Source: Bacteroidota bacterium (GTDB taxonomy: Bacteria > Bacteroidota > Bacteroidia > Flavobacteriales_F > PHOS-HE28). Taken from it: a DNA stretch of 64,000 bases. The notes below the pieces were generated by a model that made no database searches, was not told where the DNA came from, and worked only from the letters and a program-made list of their open reading frames with translations. This document shows, one piece after another, positions 8,326-18,472 of the stretch (the first letter of the stretch is position 1; every line of letters begins with the position of its first letter). The stretch is from the NCBI GenBank assembly GCA_014584605.1, contig JACTMO010000053.1:25792-89791 (forward strand), in the 5' to 3' direction. Position numbers and translations under genes: made by a program.

Positions 8326-11300
8326 CTACTTGATACGGTCAAAAGTAAGGAAATAGCGCACCCCGGGGCCATCGTGGCGATCCAGCCGCGCATCGAGCTG
8401 TTCGGTCAGGGAGGCCACCAATTGCAGGCCGAGGTTGGCATCCCGTCCGGGATCGAACCCCTCGGGCATGCCGATACCGTCGTCGACCACGCCGATGGTG
8501 ACGCGGCCACCGGCGCTGACAAGACTGATCTCGATGGAGCCTCCGGCACCATCGGGGTAACCGTGCTTGAGGGCGTTGCTGATGAGCTCGTTGAGGATCA
8601 GCCCGCAGGGTATGGCCTGGTCCAGCACCAGGTCCACCTTTTGCAGGTCGGTGCGCAGTTCCACCTTGCCGCCGAGGCTGTAGCTGATCACCAGGTTGCG
8701 GGCCAGCCGGTCGATGTAGGTGGCCAGGTCCACGCTGCTGAAGGTCTTGTTCTGATACAGGCTTTCGTGGATGAAGCTCATCGAGCGGATGCGGTCCTGG
8801 CTTTCGCGGATCAGGTCGAGCATGCGCTGATCGTGCCCCACGTAGGCGGTCTGTAGGTTGAGGATGCTGCTGATGATCTGCAGGTTGTTCTTGACACGAT
8901 GGTGGACCTCCTTGAGCAGCACCTCGTTCTCCCGGAGGCGCTCGATCAGTTGTTGCTGGGCCTCCTTCTTGTCGGTGGTGCCGTACGCCAGGCAGCTGAT
9001 CTCGGCCACCTGTCCGTCCACCCGGATGGGGTTCAGGAAGTTCTCGACCCAGCGACTGTGGCCGTCGTTGTCGCGCATCTCCACCTCGAACTGTCTGGGC
9101 CGGCCCTTCATGGCGGCCTCATAATGGGCGCGGATCGCACGGCGCTCGGCCGGTGCCACGCGCTCCAGCATGTGCTCCAGGAAGGCATCGCCCACCTGCG
9201 GGGTGTAGCCCAAGGCCTCCGTGCTGCTGTCGCGGAAATGGTCGTTCAGCGCGGTGATCCGGAAATCGCGGTCCAGGGTCCAGACCATCATGTTGGCGCT
9301 GTTCTCGAAGATCGCCGTGAGGCGGGCGGCCTGTTCGCGCACCGTGCGCTCGGCCAGCTTCTGCTCGGTGATCTCGTGCCCCACACCGAACACCTCGCGC
9401 ACCTTTCCGTCGGCGCTGAGCACCGGGCTCAGAAAGACCTCGTTGCTCACGAACCGCCCCTGGGCGTCCGCGAGCTCGGTCTCGAAACGAAGCGGCTTCC
9501 CGGCGAAGGCCTCCCTGTACTTCGCCTCCCAGAAGGCGTGGTAGGTGTCGTTGGCGAACCGTTTGCGGGGGCCCTTGCCGTCGGGGTCCAGTTCGGGGCT
9601 CCTGCCGTACAGACGCACGATCATCTGCTCATAGCCCTTGTTGAAGCTGGTGAGCGCGATGCGCTCATTCACGCTCCAGAACATGTGCTCGCTGCTCTCG
9701 AACAGGGCCCGCAGCTTGGCCTCCTGCCGTTCGGCCAGCCTGCGGGCCTCCTCCTCCCGGGTGACGTTGCGATAGATGCCCCGGGTGGCCACCGGGCGCC
9801 CGTCCACCATGCGCACGCTGCGACCGCCCTCCACAGTGACCTCGCGCCCATCCCGAGCAACGAGCACCGTGGTGACCGGACCGCCCGCGCCGCCCTTGAG
9901 GTCCTCCTCGAACCGGGTGCGGTACGCGTCGCGATAGGCCGGATGCACCACGTCCCACACGGTGAGCGCGGCGACCTCCTGTTCGGTATAACCGAGGGTG
10001 TCACGCCAGGCCTTGTTCACATACTCGAACCGCCCGTTGGGCGTCACGCTCTGGATCAGGTCGGTGGCGTTCTCGAAGAGATCGCGGTAGCGTTCCTCGC
10101 TGGCGCGCAGAGCCTCCTGGTCGCGCTTGGCGTGCGTGATGTCGCGGCTCACACCCATGCTGCCGAGCAGGGTTCCTTGCTCGTCGTACAGCCGGGATGC
10201 GGCCAGGAAGGTGAGGAAGACCTCGCCCTGGCGATCGATGTTCTGGACCTCGCCGGCAAAGGCCCCGTGCGCGTTGAGCTCGGCCTGGACGCGTTGGTAG
10301 TCCTCCGGACGGGCATAGAGCATGCGCGAATGCCTGCCCATCACCTCTTCGGCCTCGTAGCCGAAGCGCACCATGGCGGCCGGATTGAACTCGCTGATGT
10401 GCCCGGCCTCGTCGACGGCGATGATCATGTCCAGGGAGCTGTCCACCAGGCTTCGCGCAAAGCGGCGTGAGCGGCGCAGCTCCTCCTGGGTGCGGCGGTG
10501 GTCCATGATCTCCTGCCGCAGCACCCGGTTCACCTCCTCGGCCATCTGGGCGCGTAGTCCCACCGCCAGGGTGGCGCGCATGCGCACGGCATCGTGCAGC
10601 TGGACCTGCAGGGCCTCGGCACCCTCGTGGAAACTGCGCGCGGCCGACAACAGCACCAGCGAGGTGGACCCGTTGGCGCGCAGCATCTCCAGTTCCACGG
10701 CAGGGCTTTCGCCGCTGTGGTACGCCTCCTCCAGGTTGGCGGCCAGGGCCTCGCGATGTGCGGGCTCCACCGCGTCGGACAGCCATGTTCCCGTGAACGC
10801 GCGACCCACCAGTTGATCGGCGGCCGGGTTGGCATAGCGCACCCGGCCTTCCTGCACGATGAGGATGCCCTCCGGGGCCTTTTCCACCAGGCGCCGGTAG
10901 TTGTCCAGCAACGCCTGCTGCTCCAGCTCGGCCTGTACCTGATGGGAGCGGTCGATCAGCGTTCCGGCGATGGTGGTGGTCCCCTCCTGCGATCGGTCCA
11001 GGAACACGTTCTCCAGCACATGCACGGTACGACCGCTGGCATGACGCAGACGGATGGTGTGGTTGATGAGATGGCCCCGGTCGGTGAGCTCTTCCAGGTA
11101 CTCCGCACGGTCCCTTTCATCCACGTACAGGGTCCGTGCATCCACGCGCATCAATGCCTCGCGGTCCGCGTAGCCCAGGATCCGTGCCATCGAGGCATTA
11201 CATTCCAGGAACCTGCCGTCCAGTGTGGTCCGGAAGACCCCCGCCATGTTGCGTTCCACCAGGTCCTCGTACTGCCTGCGCAGGTACATATAGACCTTGG

Positions 11301-11346
11301 CCAGCTCCTGGCTGCGCTCCCCATCGCCTCCATCCCGTCGGCTCAT
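8326..11346 (-). CDS. Cytoplasmic multi-PAS sensor histidine kinase (HisKA_2 type)
   Basis: About six PAS/PAC repeats; [19 protein letters not shown]-box, NELISNALKH and DDGIG motifs. Confidence 0.92.
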   Translation of the reverse strand: MSRRDGGDGERSQELAKVYMYLRRQYEDLVERNMAGVFRTTLDGRFLECNASMARILGYADREALMRVDARTLYVDERDRAEYLEELTDRGHLINHTIRLRHASGRTVHVLENVFLDRSQEGTTTIAGTLIDRSHQVQAELEQQALLDNYRRLVEKAPEGILIVQEGRVRYANPAADQLVGRAFTGTWLSDAVEPAHREALAANLEEAYHSGESPAVELEMLRANGSTSLVLLSAARSFHEGAEALQVQLHDAVRMRATLAVGLRAQMAEEVNRVLRQEIMDHRRTQEELRRSRRFARSLVDSSLDMIIAVDEAGHISEFNPAAMVRFGYEAEEVMGRHSRMLYARPEDYQRVQAELNAHGAFAGEVQNIDRQGEVFLTFLAASRLYDEQGTLLGSMGVSRDITHAKRDQEALRASEERYRDLFENATDLIQSVTPNGRFEYVNKAWRDTLGYTEQEVAALTVWDVVHPAYRDAYRTRFEEDLKGGAGGPVTTVLVARDGREVTVEGGRSVRMVDGRPVATRGIYRNVTREEEARRLAERQEAKLRALFESSEHMFWSVNERIALTSFNKGYEQMIVRLYGRSPELDPDGKGPRKRFANDTYHAFWEAKYREAFAGKPLRFETELADAQGRFVSNEVFLSPVLSADGKVREVFGVGHEITEQKLAERTVREQAARLTAIFENSANMMVWTLDRDFRITALNDHFRDSSTEALGYTPQVGDAFLEHMLERVAPAERRAIRAHYEAAMKGRPRQFEVEMRDNDGHSRWVENFLNPIRVDGQVAEISCLAYGTTDKKEAQQQLIERLRENEVLLKEVHHRVKNNLQIISSILNLQTAYVGHDQRMLDLIRESQDRIRSMSFIHESLYQNKTFSSVDLATYIDRLARNLVISYSLGGKVELRTDLQKVDLVLDQAIPCGLILNELISNALKHGYPDGAGGSIEISLVSAGGRVTIGVVDDGIGMPEGFDPGRDANLGLQLVASLTEQLDARLDRHDGPGVRYFLTFDRIK

Positions 11347-11391
11347 GGGGTCGAACTTACGCCACAGACCTGCGGGATCGGAAAGGTCTTC

Positions 11392-12921
11392 TCAGGGCGC
11401 CACATCATCGGTGCCGTAAGGCGGCGGCACCCGTGTACCATCGATGCGCACCTCCTGGCCGTCCTTGTACCGGATGGTGATCAGCAGCTGGCCTTCGGGC
11501 GACCAGTGCTCGAAATCGCCCTGCTGCAGGCCCATCGCATAGCGGCCTTCCAAGCGCAACTGGCCGTTGGGCCACCAGGAGCGGTGGCGGCCGTTGGGCT
11601 CGCCGCCCACGTAGGAACCCTCGAAACTGCGTTTGCCGTTCTCGTAGGTGTGGCGCCACTCTCCTTCCTTGAGGCCGTCCCTGTACACACCTTCCTCGGT
11701 GTGGTCGCCCACCCGGTAGAACCACTGGCCTTCGCGTTTGCCGTCGATGTACTCGCCCTGGGTGATCACCCCGCCCTCCTCGTCGTACTCCACGGATGCA
11801 CCGTCCTCACGGCCCTTGCGATAGTTCTCTTCACGGTGGAGCTTACCGCTCTCGTAGAACCACTTCCATAGGTTCTGGGCCATGCCCGCCTGGTACCGAC
11901 CCTTCTGCTCCACGGCACCACTGCGGTGAAAGAAGGTCCACTCCCCTTCCCGCTTGCCGTCCTTGTACTCCCCTTCAGCCCGCTTCTCGCCGGTGGCATA
12001 GTACTCCGTCCAGGCACCCTGGGGCACACCGCGCTCGTCCACCGGTCCCTCCCGCATCAGCCTGTCATCGGTGTAGATCGCGGCCGTGCGCACATGGCCC
12101 TGCTCATCGAACTCCCGGAAGAGCCCTTCGCGCCTACCCTGCTTGCTGTAACTTCCGATGCTGGCCACACGACCGTTCGAGTGGTAGGTGTTCTTGATCG
12201 TGAGCGTCATGGCCGCACGGGACCCGGAATCCACCTGGTCCTGGTCGTACTTCACCATCTGCTTGAGGCTCCCGGCGCTGTCATACTCTTTGTAGATGCC
12301 CTGACGCTTGCCGTCCACATAGGTGCACTCCCATTTCACCTTGCCGTTGGGATGGAACTCCTTCCACGGTCCCTGCCTCAGGCCGGCCTCATCGATCCGG
12401 TTGATCGCCTCACGCTTGCGCAGCATCCCCGCGCCATAGGTCAGCAAGGCCACCAGGCGGCCATCCTCGGCGTATTCGTAGCCACGGCCCTCTTCCAGAC
12501 CACCCTTGTAGGGCACCACCTTGTGCACCTGCCCGTTGGGATGGAAATAGCTGCTGTTCCCCTCGCGCACATCGTCCACGAAAAGCTCCTCGCTCACCAG
12601 GACGCCCGAAGCATCGTACTTGCGCTGGGCACCGTTCTTGCGGCCGTCGGCGTACTGGATCGTGGAGCTCAACCAGCCCTCCGGTGCGTAGAACTTCCAA
12701 AGGCTGTCCAGTTGGAACCGTACGCGGCCTCCTTCGGACCGCAACACCCCGTTCTCGTAGTAGGTCTTCCAGTAGCCCTCCGGCTTGCCGTCCACCAACA
12801 TCCCTTCGCTGCTGACGGTTCCATTGGCGTGGTGGTATTGCGTGTAGCCGTCCTGACCGGCCGCCACAAAGGTGTGGCTCAGCGCTCCGATGGCGACGAT
12901 CACCCGAATTCTTGCAAGCAT
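11392..12921 (-). CDS. Exported MORN-variant repeat protein (YwqK-like)
   Basis: Many GxWxxYYENG/EGxYxDGK repeats after the signal peptide MLARIRVIVAIGALSHTFVAAGQ; start moved to ATG 12921. Confidence 0.85.
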   Translation of the reverse strand: MLARIRVIVAIGALSHTFVAAGQDGYTQYHHANGTVSSEGMLVDGKPEGYWKTYYENGVLRSEGGRVRFQLDSLWKFYAPEGWLSSTIQYADGRKNGAQRKYDASGVLVSEELFVDDVREGNSSYFHPNGQVHKVVPYKGGLEEGRGYEYAEDGRLVALLTYGAGMLRKREAINRIDEAGLRQGPWKEFHPNGKVKWECTYVDGKRQGIYKEYDSAGSLKQMVKYDQDQVDSGSRAAMTLTIKNTYHSNGRVASIGSYSKQGRREGLFREFDEQGHVRTAAIYTDDRLMREGPVDERGVPQGAWTEYYATGEKRAEGEYKDGKREGEWTFFHRSGAVEQKGRYQAGMAQNLWKWFYESGKLHREENYRKGREDGASVEYDEEGGVITQGEYIDGKREGQWFYRVGDHTEEGVYRDGLKEGEWRHTYENGKRSFEGSYVGGEPNGRHRSWWPNGQLRLEGRYAMGLQQGDFEHWSPEGQLLITIRYKDGQEVRIDGTRVPPPYGTDDVAP

Positions 12922-12929
12922 CCCATGAA

Positions 12930-13330
12930 CACTTTTCTTAAAAAAGAATGGTGATATGATAGGGGCTGTGGACAAGGTGGATGATCCGTTGGTGCCTGGC
13001 TTGCAGGAACGGGTTATCAAAAGTAGTTCACCGGTACGGTGGGTCCCTGTGGAAAGCGAGGTCTTCTGCAAGGCAAGGTGGACGCGGAACAGGCATCGGT
13101 CATCCATGATCGTGGAGAACCGGGCCGATGGCCCATGGTGGATAACTCAGTGGCATGCATCCGTGCTCCGGCGGTGCATGATCCGGTGGACATCGCGGTA
13201 GAAGTTCCGCTTGCTGTTGACAAGGGGATCGCTTATGGCGATGTGGAAAGATCACCGGCCACAAAAGTTGCTGGTCTTTCATCAACAGGGGTCCACCGCG
13301 ATCGACAGGGGGATCGTGGACAAGTGCTCC
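12930..13330. promoter_or_regulatory. Putative chromosomal replication origin (oriC)
   Basis: ~420-bp intergenic region with an AT-rich block (12931-12961) and about 10 DnaA-box-like 9-mers (e.g. TGTGGACAA 12967, GGTGGATAA 13137, TGTTGACAA 13215, TGTGGAAAG 13048 and 13242, CGTGGACAA 13315); multiple GATC sites; parS sites and mnmG 6-8 kb away. Confidence 0.7.
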
Positions 13331-13346
13331 GGGGTATCTTTGAGGC

Positions 13347-13784
13347 ATGGCACAACACATCGCCATTGGCGGCGACCATGCGGGCGTGGACCTCAAGCAC
13401 GCGGTGAAGGATCACCTGCGTGCCCGGGGTGCGGAGGTGATCGACAAGGGTACGCACATACGGGAGAGCGTGGATTATCCGGACCATGCCCATGCCGTGG
13501 CCGCCGCGGTGGCCGGGGACCAGGTGGAGCTGGGCATCCTGATCTGCGGCAGCGGCAACGGGGTGGCCATCACCGCCAACAAGCATAAGGGGGTGCGTGC
13601 GGCCCTGGCCTGGACCCCCGAACTGGGGCGGCTGGCCCGTGAACACAACAACGCCAATGTGCTGGCCCTGCCTGCACGCTTCGTGACCACCGAGCAGGCC
13701 CTGGCCATCGTGGACGCATTCCTTGACGCGCATTTCGAAGGTGGCCGCCATCAATTGCGGGTGGCGAAGATCGAGCCGGCATGA
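13347..13784 (+). CDS. rpiB: Ribose-5-phosphate isomerase B
   Basis: IAIGGDHAG, SVDYPD, GILICGSGNGVAITANK, HNNANVL and FEGGRH motifs. Confidence 0.96.
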   Translation: MAQHIAIGGDHAGVDLKHAVKDHLRARGAEVIDKGTHIRESVDYPDHAHAVAAAVAGDQVELGILICGSGNGVAITANKHKGVRAALAWTPELGRLAREHNNANVLALPARFVTTEQALAIVDAFLDAHFEGGRHQLRVAKIEPA

Positions 13785-15343
13785 AGGGCTGCTCGAGGTG
13801 GGTCTTGGTCCTGCTGACCTTGGCCGGCCTGCCGGCAACGGCACAGGTGGACAGCGCTGCGCTGCGCTATGCGGGCACCATCACTGCGGGCGACCTGATG
13901 CGCCATCTCGAGGTGCTGGCCAGCGATGCCTACGAAGGGCGGGAGACCGGCCAGCGGGGGCAGAAGATGGCCGCCGAATACCTGCGCGAGCAGTTCCGGT
14001 CCTACGGCATTCCACCGGTACCCGGTGGCGATACGCTGGGCGTTGAGGAAGGCTATTTCCAACCCTTCGTGCTGGAAGTGCGGCGCCCGGGCGGTGTCCT
14101 GCTTACCGTGGCGGGACGTCCCTATCGGTTCATGGAGGGCATGTTCTATTTCAACGAGCGGTTGGAAGGGGAATTGCGGGTGCAGGAACTGGTGGTCGTG
14201 GTGGCTACTGCGGCCCGACCTTCAGAGCTCCTGCAAGGTGTGGACCTGAAGGGCAAGGGACTGCTGGTGCTCCAGGACGGTCGCAACCGGGAGCAGGTAC
14301 TGAACGTGCTCAGCAACTGGACCGCGGCGGCCGAGACGGCCGGAGCAGCGGCATTGCTTTTTGCACCCGATCGGTACGATGCCCTGCACGCCACGTACGA
14401 GCACTACCTCACCGGCCCGCGCATGCGCCTGGCCGGTGAGGATGGGGCTGCTGGGAAAAAGGACCAACGGCCCGCGCTGCAGGCCCTGATCGTGGACGCG
14501 GCGCTCCGCGATGCGCTGTTGGAACGTCTCGGGCTCGAGCATCGGCGCCTGCTGCGCAAGGCCCGGCGAAGACCCGTCGCACAAAGCGGCCCGATCGACC
14601 TGACGTTGTCCGGCACACCGCTGCGGAGCAGGCTCATCAGCGAGAATGTGCTGGCCTATGTGGAAGGGAGCGACAAGAAGGATGAGCTGGTGGTGGTCAC
14701 TGCGCACTACGACCACATCGGCAAGGACGGTGGCGAGGTGTACAACGGAGCGGACGATGATGGCAGCGGCACGGTGGCCGTGCTGGAGATGGCCGAGGCC
14801 TTCGCCTGGGCGAAGGCCGAAGGGCATGGGCCCCGGCGCAGCGTGCTTCTCATGCCGGTGAGCGCCGAAGAGAAGGGCCTGCTCGGCTCACAGTATTACA
14901 GCATGCATCCGGTCTTTCCCCTGGAGCGCACCGTGGCCAACCTGAACATCGACATGATCGGGCGACGGGACAGCGCGCATGCCGCCAGCTCCCCTTATGT
15001 GTATGTGATCGGCAGCGACCGCATGAGCAGTGAACTGCACGCGATCAACGAGCGGGCGAACAGCACCTACACCAGCCTGGAATTGGACTACACCTTCAAC
15101 GCGCCGGACGATCCCAACAAGTACTACTACCGGAGCGACCACTACAATTTCGCCCGCAACGGGGTGCCGGCCATCTTCTATTTCAGCGGGGTCCACGAGG
15201 ACTACCATGGCCCGCACGACGAGGTGGACAAGATCCTGCCGGACCTGCTGGAACAGCGCACCCGCCTGGTGTTCCACACAGCCTGGTTGCTGGCCAACCG
15301 ACCGGAGCGGATCGTCGCGGACCGGCCCGAGGGCGGCCGGTGA
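13781..15343 (+). CDS. M28 family peptidase (exported)
   Basis: TAHYDHIG, NGADDDGSG, SAEEKGLLGS, RSDHYNF and HEDYH motifs; signal peptide. Confidence 0.92.
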   Translation: MKGCSRWVLVLLTLAGLPATAQVDSAALRYAGTITAGDLMRHLEVLASDAYEGRETGQRGQKMAAEYLREQFRSYGIPPVPGGDTLGVEEGYFQPFVLEVRRPGGVLLTVAGRPYRFMEGMFYFNERLEGELRVQELVVVVATAARPSELLQGVDLKGKGLLVLQDGRNREQVLNVLSNWTAAAETAGAAALLFAPDRYDALHATYEHYLTGPRMRLAGEDGAAGKKDQRPALQALIVDAALRDALLERLGLEHRRLLRKARRRPVAQSGPIDLTLSGTPLRSRLISENVLAYVEGSDKKDELVVVTAHYDHIGKDGGEVYNGADDDGSGTVAVLEMAEAFAWAKAEGHGPRRSVLLMPVSAEEKGLLGSQYYSMHPVFPLERTVANLNIDMIGRRDSAHAASSPYVYVIGSDRMSSELHAINERANSTYTSLELDYTFNAPDDPNKYYYRSDHYNFARNGVPAIFYFSGVHEDYHGPHDEVDKILPDLLEQRTRLVFHTAWLLANRPERIVADRPEGGR

Positions 15344-15346
15344 GGT

Positions 15347-16597
15347 TCAGGGGGTGGGAGCTGCTTCGGCCAGCAGGTCCTGCAGAAAGCGCTCCAGGTT
15401 GCGCTTGTAATGGGTGTAGTGCTCCCCAGTGCCCGGTCCGTAGAAACCCGTCCGGATGCGCCTTACCCGGCCGCCGCGGTCGATGAAGATGCAGGTGGGA
15501 TAGCCCATCACATGGTCCAGGAAGGGCAGTTTGGCACTGGCCACCTCCTTGTTGGCATTGCCGGCGTAAACGATGGGGTATTGCACGCCGAGGCGGTCGC
15601 GGAAGTGCCGCAGGGCGTTCAAGGAGCGCGCCTCGTCCTCATACTTCTCGAAGGCGATGGCGATCACCTCCAGGCCTGCGGTCCGGTACTTGCCGTAGAG
15701 CTCGTCCAGCAGCACGGTCTCGTCCACACAGTTGGGGCACCAGCTGCCCATCACCTGCACCATGAGCACCTTGCCGGCGAAACGCGGGTCCTTGGGGCTC
15801 ACCGCTCCCCCATCGATGGACGGGAAACGGAAGTCCACCATGGCGTGGCCCTCCTTCAGGAAGGTGAGCGAATCGGGATCGCGCAACCGGAAGTCCGGGT
15901 CGCGTACGGCCAACCAGGGCTCCTGCCAGTGGGTGCCGCTCCAGTAGCGGCCCAGCAGGCTGTCGTTGCGCATCACGGCCTTGAACAGGAAGGCGTGCGA
16001 CCCGTCGAAGCAGGAGAGCTTCAGGGAGTCGTGGTCCACCACGCCCTCCAGGAAGCGATAATCACCTGTTTCCGTTCCGAAGGTGCCGGTGAGGTGGTCG
16101 TGGTCCTGGGTGAAGAGCCCCAGCGCATCGTAGGCCTCGGGCGATCCCGGGCTGAAGCGGGTACGCCATTGCCCGGAGAGGTCGCCCACAGGCCGGGCCA
16201 CCTCGGTGAACCGCGTGGCGTCGCCGGCCCGTGCGGTAAAGGCGATGCGGTAGTCGGGTCCCTTGAGGTGGTTGTGCCAGAACCCGGTGATGGTGCTGTC
16301 GTTCGGCAGATGGCCCCGGAACTCCGAATCGAAGAGGGGCATGCGCACCCGGATGGAATCGCCGAGCAGGGCGATGTCGTCCACGACGATGCGCTCCTCA
16401 CCGTTATGCACCACCATGCGCCATGCGCCGCTGTCCTGATGCAGGTCGAACAGGAAGGGCAGTTCCTCTCCGTTCAGGTCGAGCACCATGCGCCAGGGGC
16501 CGGTGCGCGGTGCCGGCAGCTGCCGGGTGGCCACGGAGGTGCAGCCGCCCAAGGCCAGGGCGAGGATGAGCGGGAACAGAGCGGTGTTCGGGGCCAT
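15347..16597 (-). CDS. TlpA-family thiol-disulfide reductase lipoprotein
   Basis: Lipobox LALGGC; GSWCPNCVDE thioredoxin motif; start at ATG 16597. Confidence 0.85.
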   Translation of the reverse strand: MAPNTALFPLILALALGGCTSVATRQLPAPRTGPWRMVLDLNGEELPFLFDLHQDSGAWRMVVHNGEERIVVDDIALLGDSIRVRMPLFDSEFRGHLPNDSTITGFWHNHLKGPDYRIAFTARAGDATRFTEVARPVGDLSGQWRTRFSPGSPEAYDALGLFTQDHDHLTGTFGTETGDYRFLEGVVDHDSLKLSCFDGSHAFLFKAVMRNDSLLGRYWSGTHWQEPWLAVRDPDFRLRDPDSLTFLKEGHAMVDFRFPSIDGGAVSPKDPRFAGKVLMVQVMGSWCPNCVDETVLLDELYGKYRTAGLEVIAIAFEKYEDEARSLNALRHFRDRLGVQYPIVYAGNANKEVASAKLPFLDHVMGYPTCIFIDRGGRVRRIRTGFYGPGTGEHYTHYKRNLERFLQDLLAEAAPTP

Positions 16598-16667
16598 GGA
16601 CCGGGCGGCAAAGCTATCCGAGCATGGTGCACGGGCCATGCACGCAAGTGGGGGGCACCGTGGAAGG

Positions 16668-18227
16668 CTACAGGTCGAAGCTGATGCCCTGGGCCAGCGG
16701 CAGCTTGGTACCGTGGTTGATGGTGTTGGTCTGGCGACGCATGTAGGCCTTCCAGGCGTCGCTGCCGCTCTCGCGGCCGCCGCCGGTCTCCTTCTCCCCA
16801 CCGAAGGCGCCCCCGATCTCTGCTCCGCTGGTGCCGATGTTCACGTTGGCGATGCCGCAATCGCTGCCGGCCGCGCCCAGGAAGCGTTCCGCCTCGCGCA
16901 GGTCCAGCGTCATGATGGCGCTGCTGAGGCCCTGCTTCACGTTGTTCTGGATGGCGATGGCCTCGTCGAGGTCGCCGTTGTAACGCAGCAGGTAGAGGAT
17001 CGGTGCGAAGGTCTCCTCCTGCACGATGGCCATGTCGGCCGTGGCCTCCACCACGGCGGGCTTCACGTAACAGCCGCTCTCATAGGGGCCGCCGCTCAGC
17101 ACAGCGCCCGGCACCACCAGGCGCCCACCCTGTTGTTCGGCGGCCTGCAAAGCGGCCTGGTACATGGCCACCGCCGCCTTGTCGATCAGCGGGCCCACGT
17201 GGTTGCGTTCGTCCAGCGGGTCGCCGATGCGCAGCTGCCCGTACGCGTTCACCAGTTTCTGTTTGAAGCTGTCGTACACCTTGTGGTGGATGATCAGGCG
17301 GCGGGTGCTGGTGCAGCGCTGGCCGGCGGTGCCCACCGCGCCGAACACACAGCCGATGAGGGCCATGTCCAGGTCGGCCTTGTCGCTGATGATGATGGCG
17401 TTGTTGCCCCCCAGCTCCAGCAACGCACGGCCCAGGCGTTGACCCACGGCGGCGCCCACGGCTTTGCCCATGCGCGTGCTGCCGGTGGCGCTCACCAGCG
17501 GGATGCGCACGTCATGGCTCATCCATTCGCCCACCTCGCGGCCGCCGTTGACGATGCAGCTCACCCCCTCCGGCACGCCGTTGCGTGCGAAGACGCGGGC
17601 GGTGATCTGCTGGCACGCAATGCTGCACAGGGGCGTCTTTTCGCTGGGCTTCCAAAGGGTGACATCGCCGCAGACCCATGCCAGTGCGGTGTTCCAGCTC
17701 CACACGGCCACCGGGAAGTTGAAGGCCGTGATGATGCCCACCGGTCCCACCGGATGCCATTGTTCGTACATGCGATGATCGGGGCGCTCGCTGTGCATGG
17801 TGAGTCCGTGCAGCTGGCGGCTCAAACCCACGGCGAAGTCGCAGATGTCGATCATCTCCTGAACTTCGCCCAGCCCCTCCTGGTAGCTCTTGCCCATCTC
17901 GTAGCTCACCAGTTTGCCCAAGGCGGTCTTGTGCTGCCGCAGCTCCTCGCCCAGCTGGCGTACCACTTCGCCGCGCTTGGGCGCGGGCCACTTGCGCCAT
18001 GCAACGAACGCCTGTTGCGCAGTCGTCAGCACCTGTTCGTACTCCGCTCGCGAAGCGCCGCGCACCGTGCCGATCAGTGCGCCATCGACCGGGCTGTGGC
18101 TCTCCAGCCCCTCGCCGGCGCCAGGCAGCCAGGTGTTCCCGGTGGACACGCCGGAGTTCAAGTCCTGAACGCCGAGGGAGCGAAGCAGGTCGCCGATCCG
18201 CTGGTCGGGGAGGGTGATGGTGGACAT
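16668..18227 (-). CDS. Aldehyde dehydrogenase family 7 (piperideine-6-carboxylate dehydrogenase-like)
   Basis: ITAFNFPVAVW, LELGGNNA, GTAGQRCT and GGEKETGGGRESGSDAWK motifs. Confidence 0.92.
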   Translation of the reverse strand: MSTITLPDQRIGDLLRSLGVQDLNSGVSTGNTWLPGAGEGLESHSPVDGALIGTVRGASRAEYEQVLTTAQQAFVAWRKWPAPKRGEVVRQLGEELRQHKTALGKLVSYEMGKSYQEGLGEVQEMIDICDFAVGLSRQLHGLTMHSERPDHRMYEQWHPVGPVGIITAFNFPVAVWSWNTALAWVCGDVTLWKPSEKTPLCSIACQQITARVFARNGVPEGVSCIVNGGREVGEWMSHDVRIPLVSATGSTRMGKAVGAAVGQRLGRALLELGGNNAIIISDKADLDMALIGCVFGAVGTAGQRCTSTRRLIIHHKVYDSFKQKLVNAYGQLRIGDPLDERNHVGPLIDKAAVAMYQAALQAAEQQGGRLVVPGAVLSGGPYESGCYVKPAVVEATADMAIVQEETFAPILYLLRYNGDLDEAIAIQNNVKQGLSSAIMTLDLREAERFLGAAGSDCGIANVNIGTSGAEIGGAFGGEKETGGGRESGSDAWKAYMRRQTNTINHGTKLPLAQGISFDL

Positions 18228-18472
18228 GGGGATGCAAAAAGGGCCGCAAAGGTAATCCCATCCGGCAGGGGTCTCCGGAAGGCGACGGCATCAGGACCCG
18301 TCCGGTTCGACCCGATCGCGGAGCATTTCGCTTAATTTACTGAGGTTCAACGAATTATATCATTTTATAGGGCGCCGTCCAGATCGCGCCAGGATCACCG
18401 AACGAGCACGGTTAATAGGTGCACCACTACCCCGGGGCCTCGAACGCGGCAAACGCGAGAAAAACGACCTTA

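Noticed and set aside
11392-12921. YwqK-like protein as a toxin-antitoxin component
   Set aside because: It is only MORN-variant repeats with a signal peptide; there is no adjacent toxin gene.
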